A stretch of DNA of 32,000 nt, from the NCBI GenBank assembly GCA_902779395.1, contig CACZBK010000004.1, forward strand, positions 88,043-120,042, written 5' to 3'. Shown here in pieces: positions 24,486 through 32,000 of this stretch (positions are counted from its first letter, which is position 1; each line of letters opens with the position of its first letter). A program made the translations under genes and the position numbers. Source of the DNA: an uncultured Lachnospiraceae bacterium (GTDB lineage Bacteria; Bacillota; Clostridia; Lachnospirales; Lachnospiraceae). Below the pieces are notes generated by a model, which was given only the letters and a program-made list of their open reading frames with translations, ran no database searches and was not told the origin of the DNA.

Positions 24486-26866
24486 TTGCGCTTTTTCCTC
24501 TCATAAAAAGCCTGTGCGACCACTTCCTCCATATCTTTCATATAGAGTATCTCAAGGCCTCCGGTGATCTCACTGTCTATCTCTTCCACATCACGTTTAT
24601 TCTCAAACGGTACAAGGACCGTTTTTATTCCAAGCATCTTAGCCGCAAGGATCTTCTCCTTAAGGCCGCCCACAGGCATGACTTTACCGCGCAGGGATAT
24701 CTCACCGGTCATTGCAAGATCCCTTCTCACCTTCTTTCCCGTAATCGCAGAAAGCACTGCTGTAGCCATGGTGATACCTGCACTGGGTCCATCCTTCGGA
24801 ACAGCTCCCTCAGGGATATGTATATGGATATCATGTTCCTGGAAATAGGAAGCCTGCACTCCGTAATCAGGCGCAACGCTGCGAACATAGGATAATCCGG
24901 CCATAGCCGATTCCTTCATAACATCCCCCAGCTGTCCCGTCAGTGAAAGTTCTCCTTTTCCCGGCATGATATTGACTTCTATCTGCAGAGTATCGCCGCC
25001 CACGCTGGTCCATGCCAGTCCGCGAACGATACCGATCTCATTCTTTCCGTTTAAGTGATCCTTGGGGAAACGTATCTTTCCAAGATACTCTTCCAGGTTC
25101 TGATCATTAACCCTAAGAGGTCCCCTGTCTTTTTTAGGTCCTCTTTTTCCTTTTTGTTCAAGGATCTTTACAGCAGCCTTTCTGCAAAGCTTATCCAGCT
25201 CACGCTCCAGCTCCCTGACTCCGGCTTCCCGGCAGTAACACTCTATGATCTTTCTTATGGCACCGTCACCCACCCTTAAGGAAGAGCTGTCGATACCGTT
25301 TCTTTCATATACTTTCTTAAGCAGATGTTCTTTTGCTATATGGAACTTTTCATTTGCCGTATAGCCGGCGATCTCGATTATCTCCATACGGTCCAGCAGA
25401 GGTCTGGGTATGGTAGACTCATCATTTGCCGTTGCTATAAAGAGTACCTTGGAAAGATCCATAGGAAGCTCTACATAATGATCCCTGAAATTCTTATTCT
25501 GCTCGGAATCCAGCACTTCCAGCATGGCCGATGCCGTATCTCCGTGGTAATCAGCACTCATCTTATCTATCTCATCCAGAAGCATGAGCGGATCCTTTAC
25601 GCCCGCCTGTTTAAGTCCGGTGGTAATACGTCCGGGCATGGCACCCACATAAGTCTTTCTGTGTCCGCGGATCTCTGCTTCATCCCTTACACCGCCGAGA
25701 CAGATACGCACATAAGGCCGGTTCGTTGCCTCTGCGATCGATCGTGCCACAGATGTTTTTCCTGTACCGGGAGGTCCTACAAGACAAAGTATGGGACTTT
25801 CTCCCTTTCTGGTCAGGCTACGCACAGCCAGGTATTCCAGGACTCTTTCTTTTACTTCCTTAAGACCGTAATGATCACGGTCAAGTATCATCCTGGCATT
25901 ACGGATATCCACTTCTTTCTCAAAATCGTCCGTGGTCTTATCCCAGGGAAGCTCAAGAAGTGTTTCGATATATGAACGTGTGGTGGCATTTTCAGGATTT
26001 GAAAAGCCTGCCAGTTCCATATGCCTTATCTCTTTTGCCAGCTTATCCTTTACTTCCTGAGGCGCCTTAAGCTCTTCGGCAGCCTTTCTGTACTGCTCGG
26101 TCTCGGAAGCCTCATCATTATCTTCATCCAGTTCACTCTGTATATATGCCATCTGCTCGCGCAGGATGTATTCACGCTGATGAGCATCCACCTGGCGGCT
26201 TATCTCTTCGCTTATCTCCTTGCGCTGCTTTACTATCACCAGCTCCTTAGCCAGTGATCTCAACAGTTCGGTACTGCGTTCATCAACATTTACCGTATCG
26301 AGTATACGCTGTCTGTCTTCATCTTCCAGAGGCAGATTGGCACTGATACGGTCTGCCAGCGTTCCCAGATCCTTTATCTTTCCCAGTCCCAGCAAAAACC
26401 TTGGATCTATCCCGCCAAGTTCAGCCGCATAGTCTGATAAAGCAGCGATAAGTTCCCTTCTCACTGCCTCTTTGCGTTCAGCTTTATCAAAGCCCGTGTC
26501 TTTCACGGGAGCTATGTCAGCCGTGACATAAGCAGCAGAATCCCTGTCGATATTTCCGATGCTTCCCCTGCATTCTCCCATAAGAAGAACGCGGATCCCG
26601 TTTCCGGTCTTTAAGACCTGCTGTACCGCAGCTACTGTTCCTATGTCGGCCAGTTTTTCAGTTCCTTCATCCTTGGAAACATCCCGTACCAGAAAAACTT
26701 TCTGATCCGATATAAGAGCCGCTTCCACTGCCTTAACGGCTGCTTTCTTATCCAGTTCAAACTGCAAGCTCATACCGGGAAACAGAGTGAGGTCTTTTAT
26801 CACTACCACCGGCATAGAGCTTGCAGCATTCTGGTTTTTTATATTCTTATCGTTTTTCTTTCTCAT
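24482..26866 (-). CDS. lon: ATP-dependent Lon protease (LonA)
   Basis: 794 aa. It has a Lon N-terminal domain, an AAA+ Walker A (GPPGTGKTS) and the protease Ser motif ([12 protein letters not shown]). Confidence 0.95.
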   Translation of the reverse strand: MRKKNDKNIKNQNAASSMPVVVIKDLTLFPGMSLQFELDKKAAVKAVEAALISDQKVFLVRDVSKDEGTEKLADIGTVAAVQQVLKTGNGIRVLLMGECRGSIGNIDRDSAAYVTADIAPVKDTGFDKAERKEAVRRELIAALSDYAAELGGIDPRFLLGLGKIKDLGTLADRISANLPLEDEDRQRILDTVNVDERSTELLRSLAKELVIVKQRKEISEEISRQVDAHQREYILREQMAYIQSELDEDNDEASETEQYRKAAEELKAPQEVKDKLAKEIRHMELAGFSNPENATTRSYIETLLELPWDKTTDDFEKEVDIRNARMILDRDHYGLKEVKERVLEYLAVRSLTRKGESPILCLVGPPGTGKTSVARSIAEATNRPYVRICLGGVRDEAEIRGHRKTYVGAMPGRITTGLKQAGVKDPLMLLDEIDKMSADYHGDTASAMLEVLDSEQNKNFRDHYVELPMDLSKVLFIATANDESTIPRPLLDRMEIIEIAGYTANEKFHIAKEHLLKKVYERNGIDSSSLRVGDGAIRKIIECYCREAGVRELERELDKLCRKAAVKILEQKGKRGPKKDRGPLRVNDQNLEEYLGKIRFPKDHLNGKNEIGIVRGLAWTSVGGDTLQIEVNIMPGKGELSLTGQLGDVMKESAMAGLSYVRSVAPDYGVQASYFQEHDIHIHIPEGAVPKDGPSAGITMATAVLSAITGKKVRRDLAMTGEISLRGKVMPVGGLKEKILAAKMLGIKTVLVPFENKRDVEEIDSEITGGLEILYMKDMEEVVAQAFYERKKRK

Positions 26867-26872
26867 AAAACG

Positions 26873-28204
26873 TTAAGCGTGTTTTCTCCTGTCTAAAAGC
26901 TTATCAAGCTTATTATCTTTCTTATCGGGTTTGTCCGGTTTTTTCCCTTCCCGATGTTCTATCAGCGGTTTCTCACCGTCTGTCACCGAAGCTTTGGTGA
27001 TGGTACACTTTCCTATAGTATCATCGGAAGGTATCTCATACATCACATCCATCATCGTACTCTCCAGGATGGATCTTAAGCCTCTGGCGCCGATCTTTCT
27101 CTCTATCGCCTTATCCGCTATGGCTTCAAGCGCATCCTTTTCAAATTCAAGATCCACTTCATCCATCTCGAACAGACGCTTATACTGCTTGGTCAGAGCA
27201 TTCTTAGGCTCGGTCAGTATCCTTATCATTGCATCCCTGTCAAGTCCGTCAAGAGTTACCCCCACCGGAAGACGTCCTACAAATTCAGGTATGAGTCCGA
27301 ACTTGATAAGGTCCTGAGGAGTTACGGAATGAAGGAGTTTGGATATATCTTCTTCCTTCTTTGACTGCAGTTCCGCCTTAAAGCCTATCGCTTTCTTATT
27401 AAGCCTGTCTCCGATGATCTTCTCGAGTCCGTCAAATGCGCCGCCGCAGATGAAAAGGATATTTGTGGTATCTATCTGGAGCAGCTCCTGCTGGGGATGC
27501 TTTCTGCCTCCCTGGGGAGGAACGCTGGCAAGCGTACCTTCAACTATCTTCAGTAATGCCTGCTGCACGCCTTCACCGGATACATCTCTTGTGATCGATA
27601 CGTTTTCACCTTTCTTGGTTATCTTATCGATCTCATCTATATATACTATGCCGTACTGTGCCTTCTCGATATCATCGTCAGCTGCCTGGATAAGCTTAAG
27701 GAGGATATTTTCAACATCCTCACCTACATATCCCGCTTCGGTCAGCGTAGTGGCATCTGCAATGGCAAAAGGTACGCCAAGTATCCTGGCCAGTGACTGT
27801 GCCAGATAGGTCTTACCCGAACCCGTAGGGCCTACCATGATTATATTCGACTTCTGAAGCTCTACATCATCTTTCTTCTTGGGAGACATGATACGCTTAT
27901 AATGGTTGTAAACAGCCACCGAGAGTACCTTTTTTGCCTCATCCTGTCCTATGACATAACCGTCAAGAAATTCCTTTATCTGAGCCGGTTTTAACAGATT
28001 GATCTCAGGAACGACCTTGTTTGCCGCATCCTCTTCATCATAAGGAAATTCTTCCTCCTCGGCTATTATATCCGAGCATATGCCTACGCATTCATCACAG
28101 ATATAAATACCTTCGGGCCCGGATATCATGCGATGCACCATATCCGGAGTCCTGCCGCAGAAGGAACATTTTGCCTTTCTTGGATCTATGATCTTACCTG
28201 CCAT
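26873..28204 (-). CDS. clpX: ATP-dependent Clp protease ATP-binding subunit ClpX
   Basis: 443 aa. It has an N-terminal C4 zinc finger (CSFCG...CDEC), Walker A (GPTGSGKT), the IYIDEIDK motif and the LIPEFVGR motif. Confidence 0.95.
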   Translation of the reverse strand: MAGKIIDPRKAKCSFCGRTPDMVHRMISGPEGIYICDECVGICSDIIAEEEEFPYDEEDAANKVVPEINLLKPAQIKEFLDGYVIGQDEAKKVLSVAVYNHYKRIMSPKKKDDVELQKSNIIMVGPTGSGKTYLAQSLARILGVPFAIADATTLTEAGYVGEDVENILLKLIQAADDDIEKAQYGIVYIDEIDKITKKGENVSITRDVSGEGVQQALLKIVEGTLASVPPQGGRKHPQQELLQIDTTNILFICGGAFDGLEKIIGDRLNKKAIGFKAELQSKKEEDISKLLHSVTPQDLIKFGLIPEFVGRLPVGVTLDGLDRDAMIRILTEPKNALTKQYKRLFEMDEVDLEFEKDALEAIADKAIERKIGARGLRSILESTMMDVMYEIPSDDTIGKCTITKASVTDGEKPLIEHREGKKPDKPDKKDNKLDKLLDRRKHA

Positions 28205-28206
28205 TA

Positions 28207-28833
28207 TTATTTATCCTTCTTTTCTTTATCATCAGGTCTCTTATAAATGACCTCATCTATAAGACCGTAAGCCTTAGCCTCTTCGGCTGTCTTCCAGTTA
28301 TCACGGTCGGTATCGGCTGCCACCACGTCATAGGGCTGACCGCAGTTTTCTGCCAGTATACGGTTTAACTTTTCCTTGGTCTGCAGGATGTGCTTTGCAG
28401 CTATCTCGATCTCCGTAGCCTGACCCTTTGCCCCGCCAAGAGGCTGATGGATCATTATCTCCGCATTGGGAAGCGCATAACGCTTGCCCTTTGTCCCGCC
28501 TGCCAGAAGAAATGCTCCCATGCTGGCTGCCATACCAATGCAGTTTGTTGATACATCACATTTGATGAACTGCATCGTATCATATATAGCCATGCCGGCA
28601 GTTACCGAACCACCGGGTGAATTGATGTAAAGCTGTATATCCTTCTCCGGATCCTCTGCCTCCAGGAAAAGAAGCTGAGCCACTACCAGGCTTGCGGTAA
28701 CTTCCGTAACTTCATTTCCAAGGAATATGATCCTGTCCTTTAACAGTCTTGAATAGATATCATAAGTACGCTCGCCGCGGCTTGTCTGCTCTACGACATA
28801 AGGTACCAGATCGTTATATATAGTATGTTCCAT
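28207..28833 (-). CDS. clpP: ATP-dependent Clp protease proteolytic subunit ClpP
   Basis: 208 aa. It has [16 protein letters not shown], the catalytic region [11 protein letters not shown] and the segment MIHQP containing the catalytic His. Confidence 0.95.
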   Translation of the reverse strand: MEHTIYNDLVPYVVEQTSRGERTYDIYSRLLKDRIIFLGNEVTEVTASLVVAQLLFLEAEDPEKDIQLYINSPGGSVTAGMAIYDTMQFIKCDVSTNCIGMAASMGAFLLAGGTKGKRYALPNAEIMIHQPLGGAKGQATEIEIAAKHILQTKEKLNRILAENCGQPYDVVAADTDRDNWKTAEEAKAYGLIDEVIYKRPDDKEKKDK

Positions 28834-28855
28834 TATAACCCTCCGTATTTACTGC

Positions 28856-30136
28856 TTATTTTTCTTTTGCCTTATCAACCACGAAGTCAAGAGCCTTTCT
28901 GATACGGATATCCTTCTTAACGAGCTCAACTTCCTTCTCGCCCATCATCTCTTTGAGTTTATCTACTTCCATTCTGTACTGCTCTGCCATATCGGCAAGC
29001 TCCTTATCCACATCTTCCTGCTCTGCTTCGATCTTCTCCGCCTCAGCTACAGCCTCAAGAGCGATCCTGCCTTTGATACGCTTCTCGATACCGGGTCTGG
29101 ACTGCTCCATGAGCTTCTCCATGGTAAGCCCGGTAAACATGAAATACTGCTCAAGTGAAAGCCCCTGATATCTTAACTGCTGTGCATATTCATCAACCGA
29201 TCTCTTTGTCTCGGTATTGATCATAGCCTCGGGCACGTCCATCTCAGCCTGCTCTACGAGCTTCTCCATAACGGCTTCTTCCTTCTTGTTACGTGCCTCT
29301 TTTGCCTTGCGCTCCTCAAGTTTCTTACGAAGATCAGACTTGTATTCGTCAACACTGTCAAAGCCTTTCTCATCAGCAAAGTCTTCATCAAGTGAAGGAA
29401 GCTGTCTTTCCTTTACTTCATGTATCCTGCATTTAAATACCGCAGCTTTGCCTTTAAGATCATCCGCATGATAATCCTCGGGGAAAGTAACGTTAACTTC
29501 GCACTCCTCTTCAGCCTTCCTGCCGATAAGCTGCTCTTCAAAACCGGGAATAAAAGTATTTGAACCGATAGTAAGAGGATGATTTTCTCCCTTGCCGCCT
29601 TCAAATGCCACACCGTCAACAAAGCCCTCATAATCAAGTATAACCTGATCGCCATCCTTAGCTTCACGGTCAACGCTTACCATTCTGGCCTGTGCTTCGA
29701 GCTCTTTTTTGATCTCAGCTTCTACATCCTCATCAGTAATCTCGCTGTCAAACTTCTCAACCTGAAGTCCCTTATACTTTTTAAGAGTTGCCTTGGGATT
29801 AAGAGCAACCTTAGCGGTAAATACAAAAGGCTTTCCCGCTTCAAGTGTTACCACATCTATCTCAGGAGAAGAAACGATCTCTTCCTCACATTCATCATAA
29901 GCATTCTCCCATGCTTCGGGGATGATGATATTTGCTGCATCACCATAGAAGAAATCCTTCCCGTACATCTTCTCTATGACCGCACGTGCTACCTTGCCCC
30001 TGCGGAAGCCGGGAATATTGATCTTATTCTTATTCTGCTTGTAGGCTCTCTCTACCGCATTCTCAAAGTCCTCATCGGGCACTTCGATGGTCAGCAACGC
30101 CATATTGTGTTCCAACTTTTCCAACTGTACGCTCAT
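28856..30136 (-). CDS. tig: Trigger factor
   Basis: The track ORF extends to 30181. I prefer the ATG at 30136 (MSVQLEKLEHN), which has AGGAGG 8 nt upstream. It carries the ribosome-binding motif GFRRGKV and a central FKBP-type PPIase domain. Confidence 0.9.
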   Translation of the reverse strand: MSVQLEKLEHNMALLTIEVPDEDFENAVERAYKQNKNKINIPGFRRGKVARAVIEKMYGKDFFYGDAANIIIPEAWENAYDECEEEIVSSPEIDVVTLEAGKPFVFTAKVALNPKATLKKYKGLQVEKFDSEITDEDVEAEIKKELEAQARMVSVDREAKDGDQVILDYEGFVDGVAFEGGKGENHPLTIGSNTFIPGFEEQLIGRKAEEECEVNVTFPEDYHADDLKGKAAVFKCRIHEVKERQLPSLDEDFADEKGFDSVDEYKSDLRKKLEERKAKEARNKKEEAVMEKLVEQAEMDVPEAMINTETKRSVDEYAQQLRYQGLSLEQYFMFTGLTMEKLMEQSRPGIEKRIKGRIALEAVAEAEKIEAEQEDVDKELADMAEQYRMEVDKLKEMMGEKEVELVKKDIRIRKALDFVVDKAKEK

Positions 30137-30191
30137 TACGTATTCCTCCTGATATAAAACTATCCTGCCGTTTAACGGCACACACTACGGG

Positions 30192-30200
30192 ATTATATCA
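30192..30200 (-). promoter_or_regulatory. Extended -10 element (TGATATAAT) upstream of tig
   Basis: Minus-sense TGATATAAT lies about 55 nt upstream of the tig ATG. The -35 region is weak (GGACTA). A small hairpin GCCGT-TAA-ACGGC sits in the leader. Confidence 0.45.
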
Positions 30201-30261
30201 TATAAACAGTTCATTAGTCCAGCAAAAATATCACATGGCCATATATTTTCACCGAAAGTTC

Positions 30262-30293
30262 AAAAAAAGAAGAGCCTTCTCCCCGGAAGGCTC
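30262..30293 (-). terminator. Rho-independent terminator of the bactofilin gene
   Basis: Minus-sense GAGCCTTC-CGGGGA-GAAGGCTC followed by TTCTTTTTTT. Confidence 0.8.
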
Positions 30294-30298
30294 CTTTC

Positions 30299-30769
30299 TC
30301 ACTCTTCTGCTTTACCTCTTAAGTATTCGTCAAAAAATGCCGCTGCCCTGTGGTCCGATGAAGCATGCTTAAGATTCACATCACATACCGCCCCCAGATC
30401 CACATTGATATTCTTGCAGGAAACCTCGCCTTCCACCACAGCCGTCGATCCCACTGCCAGATTCTCCGCCACGTCGATATTGCCCCTGACTGCTCCGTTT
30501 ACGACTGCATCGCCGGCCTTTATGTTGCCGATGACCGTCACTCCGTTTCCTATACCGATATGTTCACGGCACTCAATGTTACTCTGTATCGTGCCTTCCG
30601 TAAGCTCAACGCTGCCGACTTTTATATTCTCACCCTTAACGGAACCGTTCAGTTCCAGGGTACCTTCTATACTTACATTCCCGTTTACTTCCCCCGCTAT
30701 CTGCAGGTCACCGTCACTCGCAACATCGCCGGTAACCTTCATACCTCTGGGGATATAAGATTTTTCCAT
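30299..30769 (-). CDS. Bactofilin-family polymer-forming cytoskeletal protein
   Basis: 156 aa of repetitive beta-helix-type sequence (GDLQIAGEVNGNVSIEGTLELNGSVKGENIKVGSVEL...GNIKAGDAVVNGAVRGNIDV) typical of DUF583/bactofilin. A GAGGTGA Shine-Dalgarno lies upstream. Confidence 0.8.
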   Translation of the reverse strand: MEKSYIPRGMKVTGDVASDGDLQIAGEVNGNVSIEGTLELNGSVKGENIKVGSVELTEGTIQSNIECREHIGIGNGVTVIGNIKAGDAVVNGAVRGNIDVAENLAVGSTAVVEGEVSCKNINVDLGAVCDVNLKHASSDHRAAAFFDEYLRGKAEE

Positions 30770-30790
30770 TCTTTCTCACCTCGCCGCTAC

Positions 30791-30819
30791 ATTCTAACAC
30801 AAGCAGCCGCGCTTGTCTA
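30791..30819 (-). promoter_or_regulatory. Candidate sigma-A promoter (extended -10) of the bactofilin gene
   Basis: Minus-sense TAGACA (30814-30819), 17-nt spacer ending in TGT, TAGAAT (30791-30796). Confidence 0.4.
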
Positions 30820-30956
30820 CCGCACCATCACCTGCGTTCGGTGCAGGATCGGCCCGGCAGCTGATATCCCTCAGGCTGCTTCCTTACGCCAGACTAAAGG
30901 GCCCGGAACGCAGTAAACGCTCCGGGCTCTTCTGTCAGGGGAGAAAGTTATATGCA

Positions 30957-31199
30957 TTAAATAGCTTCGTGGAATGTCCTGCTTATTACATCTGCCTGCT
31001 GTTCGGGGGTCAGCTTTATAAAGTTAACGGCATAACCGGAAACCCTTATCGTAAGCTGGGGATAGTTCTCCGGATGTGCCTGCGCATCCAGCAGTGTATC
31101 GCGGTTAAGTACGTTTACGTTTAAGTGATGGCCGCCCTTGCTTGCGTAACCATCCAAAAGTGATACAAGATTGTTTACCTGAGAGCTTGCTGCTTCCAT
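30957..31199 (-). CDS. grcA: Autonomous glycyl-radical cofactor (GrcA/YfiD-like, short form)
   Basis: The track ORF extends to 31241. The ATG at 31199 has AAGGAGGAG 7 nt upstream. The sequence [56 protein letters not shown] matches the C-terminal glycyl-radical domain of pyruvate formate-lyase (RVSGYAV). Confidence 0.85.
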   Translation of the reverse strand: MEAASSQVNNLVSLLDGYASKGGHHLNVNVLNRDTLLDAQAHPENYPQLTIRVSGYAVNFIKLTPEQQADVISRTFHEAI

Positions 31200-31257
31200 T
31201 TTTATCTCCTCCTTTTTATCTGATATACTGTTGAGTAACATCTTTGTTTATGGCCTT

Positions 31258-31304
31258 ATCATATTCCGGCGCATAAAAAAAGTATGTAACAATTGTTACA
31301 TACT
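31258..31304 (-). promoter_or_regulatory. Perfect 24-bp palindrome (TGTAA-N6-TTACA core) plus a -10 TATGAT. It is a candidate class II Crp/Fnr-dependent promoter of the grcA-like gene and also the terminator of the Crp/Fnr gene
   Basis: AGTATGTAACAA|TTGTTACATACT spans 31281-31304 and is followed on the minus strand by TTTTTTT. TATGAT at 31258-31263 begins 30 nt downstream of the dyad centre. Confidence 0.5.
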
Positions 31305-31329
31305 CAAAATTTTTTATGTTACTCTCAGA

Positions 31330-31980
31330 TCAATAAAAACTTTCTATCTCCGCCCTGTTCAATATACGGATCTCTTCCTTGTCGACCTCTATAAGCCCTT
31401 CCTTCTGCATGTTCATAAGTTCTCTTGAAAGCGAAGGCCTTGCCACTCCCAGAAAATCCGCAAAGTTTTCCCTGTTCATCGACAGCTTTACATATCCGTC
31501 TTTATCGGTATTCTCCAGAAAATAAATAGCCAGCTTTTCCTTAAGAGAGGTAGAACTAAGCAGATGGAGCTTTTTCGTCATGGAAAAATTCCGTCCCGCA
31601 AGGATCTCGAGGAGATTCCTTGTTATCATCTGATGATGACCACAGGCATTTTCGCAGAAACCGTAAAAGAATTTCCATGGTATCTGCAATACCGCACTCT
31701 CTTCCAAAGCGACCGCATCGTACCAGTAATGGGACTGTCCCGCAAAGAGAAATGCCTCCCCGAACACATCCCCCGGCTTAACGGTATAGAGCAGGTTGCG
31801 TTTCCCGGATGCAAAATCCTTTACCAGCGCCATTTCTCCGCTTTGAAGCAAAAATATCATCTGCGGTACCTCCCCCTGACGGAAGATATATTCCCCTGCA
31901 GACAATCTCCTGCTTACCGCTCTGGAACATTTCAGCATTTTATCTATTTCTGACTGAGCTATATCCGAAAACAGATCCAT
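31330..31980 (-). CDS. Crp/Fnr-family transcriptional regulator
   Basis: It has a cNMP-binding-type beta-barrel (GEYIFRQGEVPQMIFLLQSGEM...GDVFGE) and a C-terminal helix-turn-helix (ENFADFLGVARPSLSRELMNMQKEGLI). I prefer the ATG at 31980, with GTGAGG 6 nt upstream. The track uses a GTG at 31992. Confidence 0.85.
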   Translation of the reverse strand: MDLFSDIAQSEIDKMLKCSRAVSRRLSAGEYIFRQGEVPQMIFLLQSGEMALVKDFASGKRNLLYTVKPGDVFGEAFLFAGQSHYWYDAVALEESAVLQIPWKFFYGFCENACGHHQMITRNLLEILAGRNFSMTKKLHLLSSTSLKEKLAIYFLENTDKDGYVKLSMNRENFADFLGVARPSLSRELMNMQKEGLIEVDKEEIRILNRAEIESFY

Positions 31981-32000
31981 CAGGCGCCTCACTCATCCAT

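Noticed and set aside
25325-25975. 216-aa plus-strand ORF, together with similar plus-strand ORFs at 13067..13642, 24368..24895, 27339..27809, 29579..30157 and 30365..30916
   Set aside because: All are antisense to well-supported genes (lon, the histidine kinase, engB/lon, clpX, tig and the bactofilin gene) and have non-protein-like compositions.
30820-30956. Calling this an SRP RNA (ffs) gene because of GTCTGGC-GTAA-GGAAGCAGCC
   Set aside because: The apical stem would be 2 nt short on the 5' side compared with the universally conserved UCC-GNRA-GGA arrangement. The next stem has a mismatch. The two arms of the putative hairpin are very unequal, about 27 nt against more than 50 nt. A Firmicutes large-type SRP RNA has no room between the two flanking CDSs. 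ffs normally sits near dnaX. I kept it only as a low-confidence finding that needs a covariance-model test.

Overview
This window looks like a Firmicutes/Clostridia (Lachnospiraceae-like) chromosomal segment. All called genes but one lie on the minus strand. It is mostly housekeeping. There is a complete proteostasis operon (tig-clpP-clpX-lon-engB) with a translationally coupled MetRS-like gene. A hom/aspartate-kinase pair follows. Three tRNAs are present: Arg-TCT and His-GTG in one unit, and Gly-GCC alone. A five-gene module encodes a MacAB/HlyD-type ABC exporter plus a two-component system. The remaining genes are a TetR regulator, a GT2 glycosyltransferase, a DHH/DHHA1 phosphoesterase, a membrane-anchored GH3 hexosaminidase-like enzyme, a bactofilin, a short GrcA-like glycyl-radical protein and a Crp/Fnr regulator. 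Accessory-looking genes are a BspA/DUF285-type LRR surface protein (partial), a 930-aa protein combining zinc ribbons, a low-complexity region, an ER/K helix and Sel1 repeats, a triple-SH3b + 3D-domain cell-wall protein, and an HPr-like protein without the His15 phosphorylation site. The most unusual region is the ORF-poor ~790-bp gap at 8574-9360. It holds a near-consensus extended -10 promoter that drives roughly 480 nt of purine-rich, hairpin-rich sequence with an internal duplication. That sequence ends in a 15-bp hairpin just upstream of a separate promoter for the GH3 gene. I could not match it by eye to any RNA family I know, so I call it a candidate unclassified ncRNA or long leader. 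Other regulatory signals are three perfect TGTAAC hexamers with 5-nt spacers (WalR-box-like) at the promoter of the 3D-domain gene, and a perfect 24-bp palindrome positioned like a class II Crp/Fnr site upstream of the GrcA-like gene. All calls come from reading the sequence and recalling protein and RNA families. No database search was possible.
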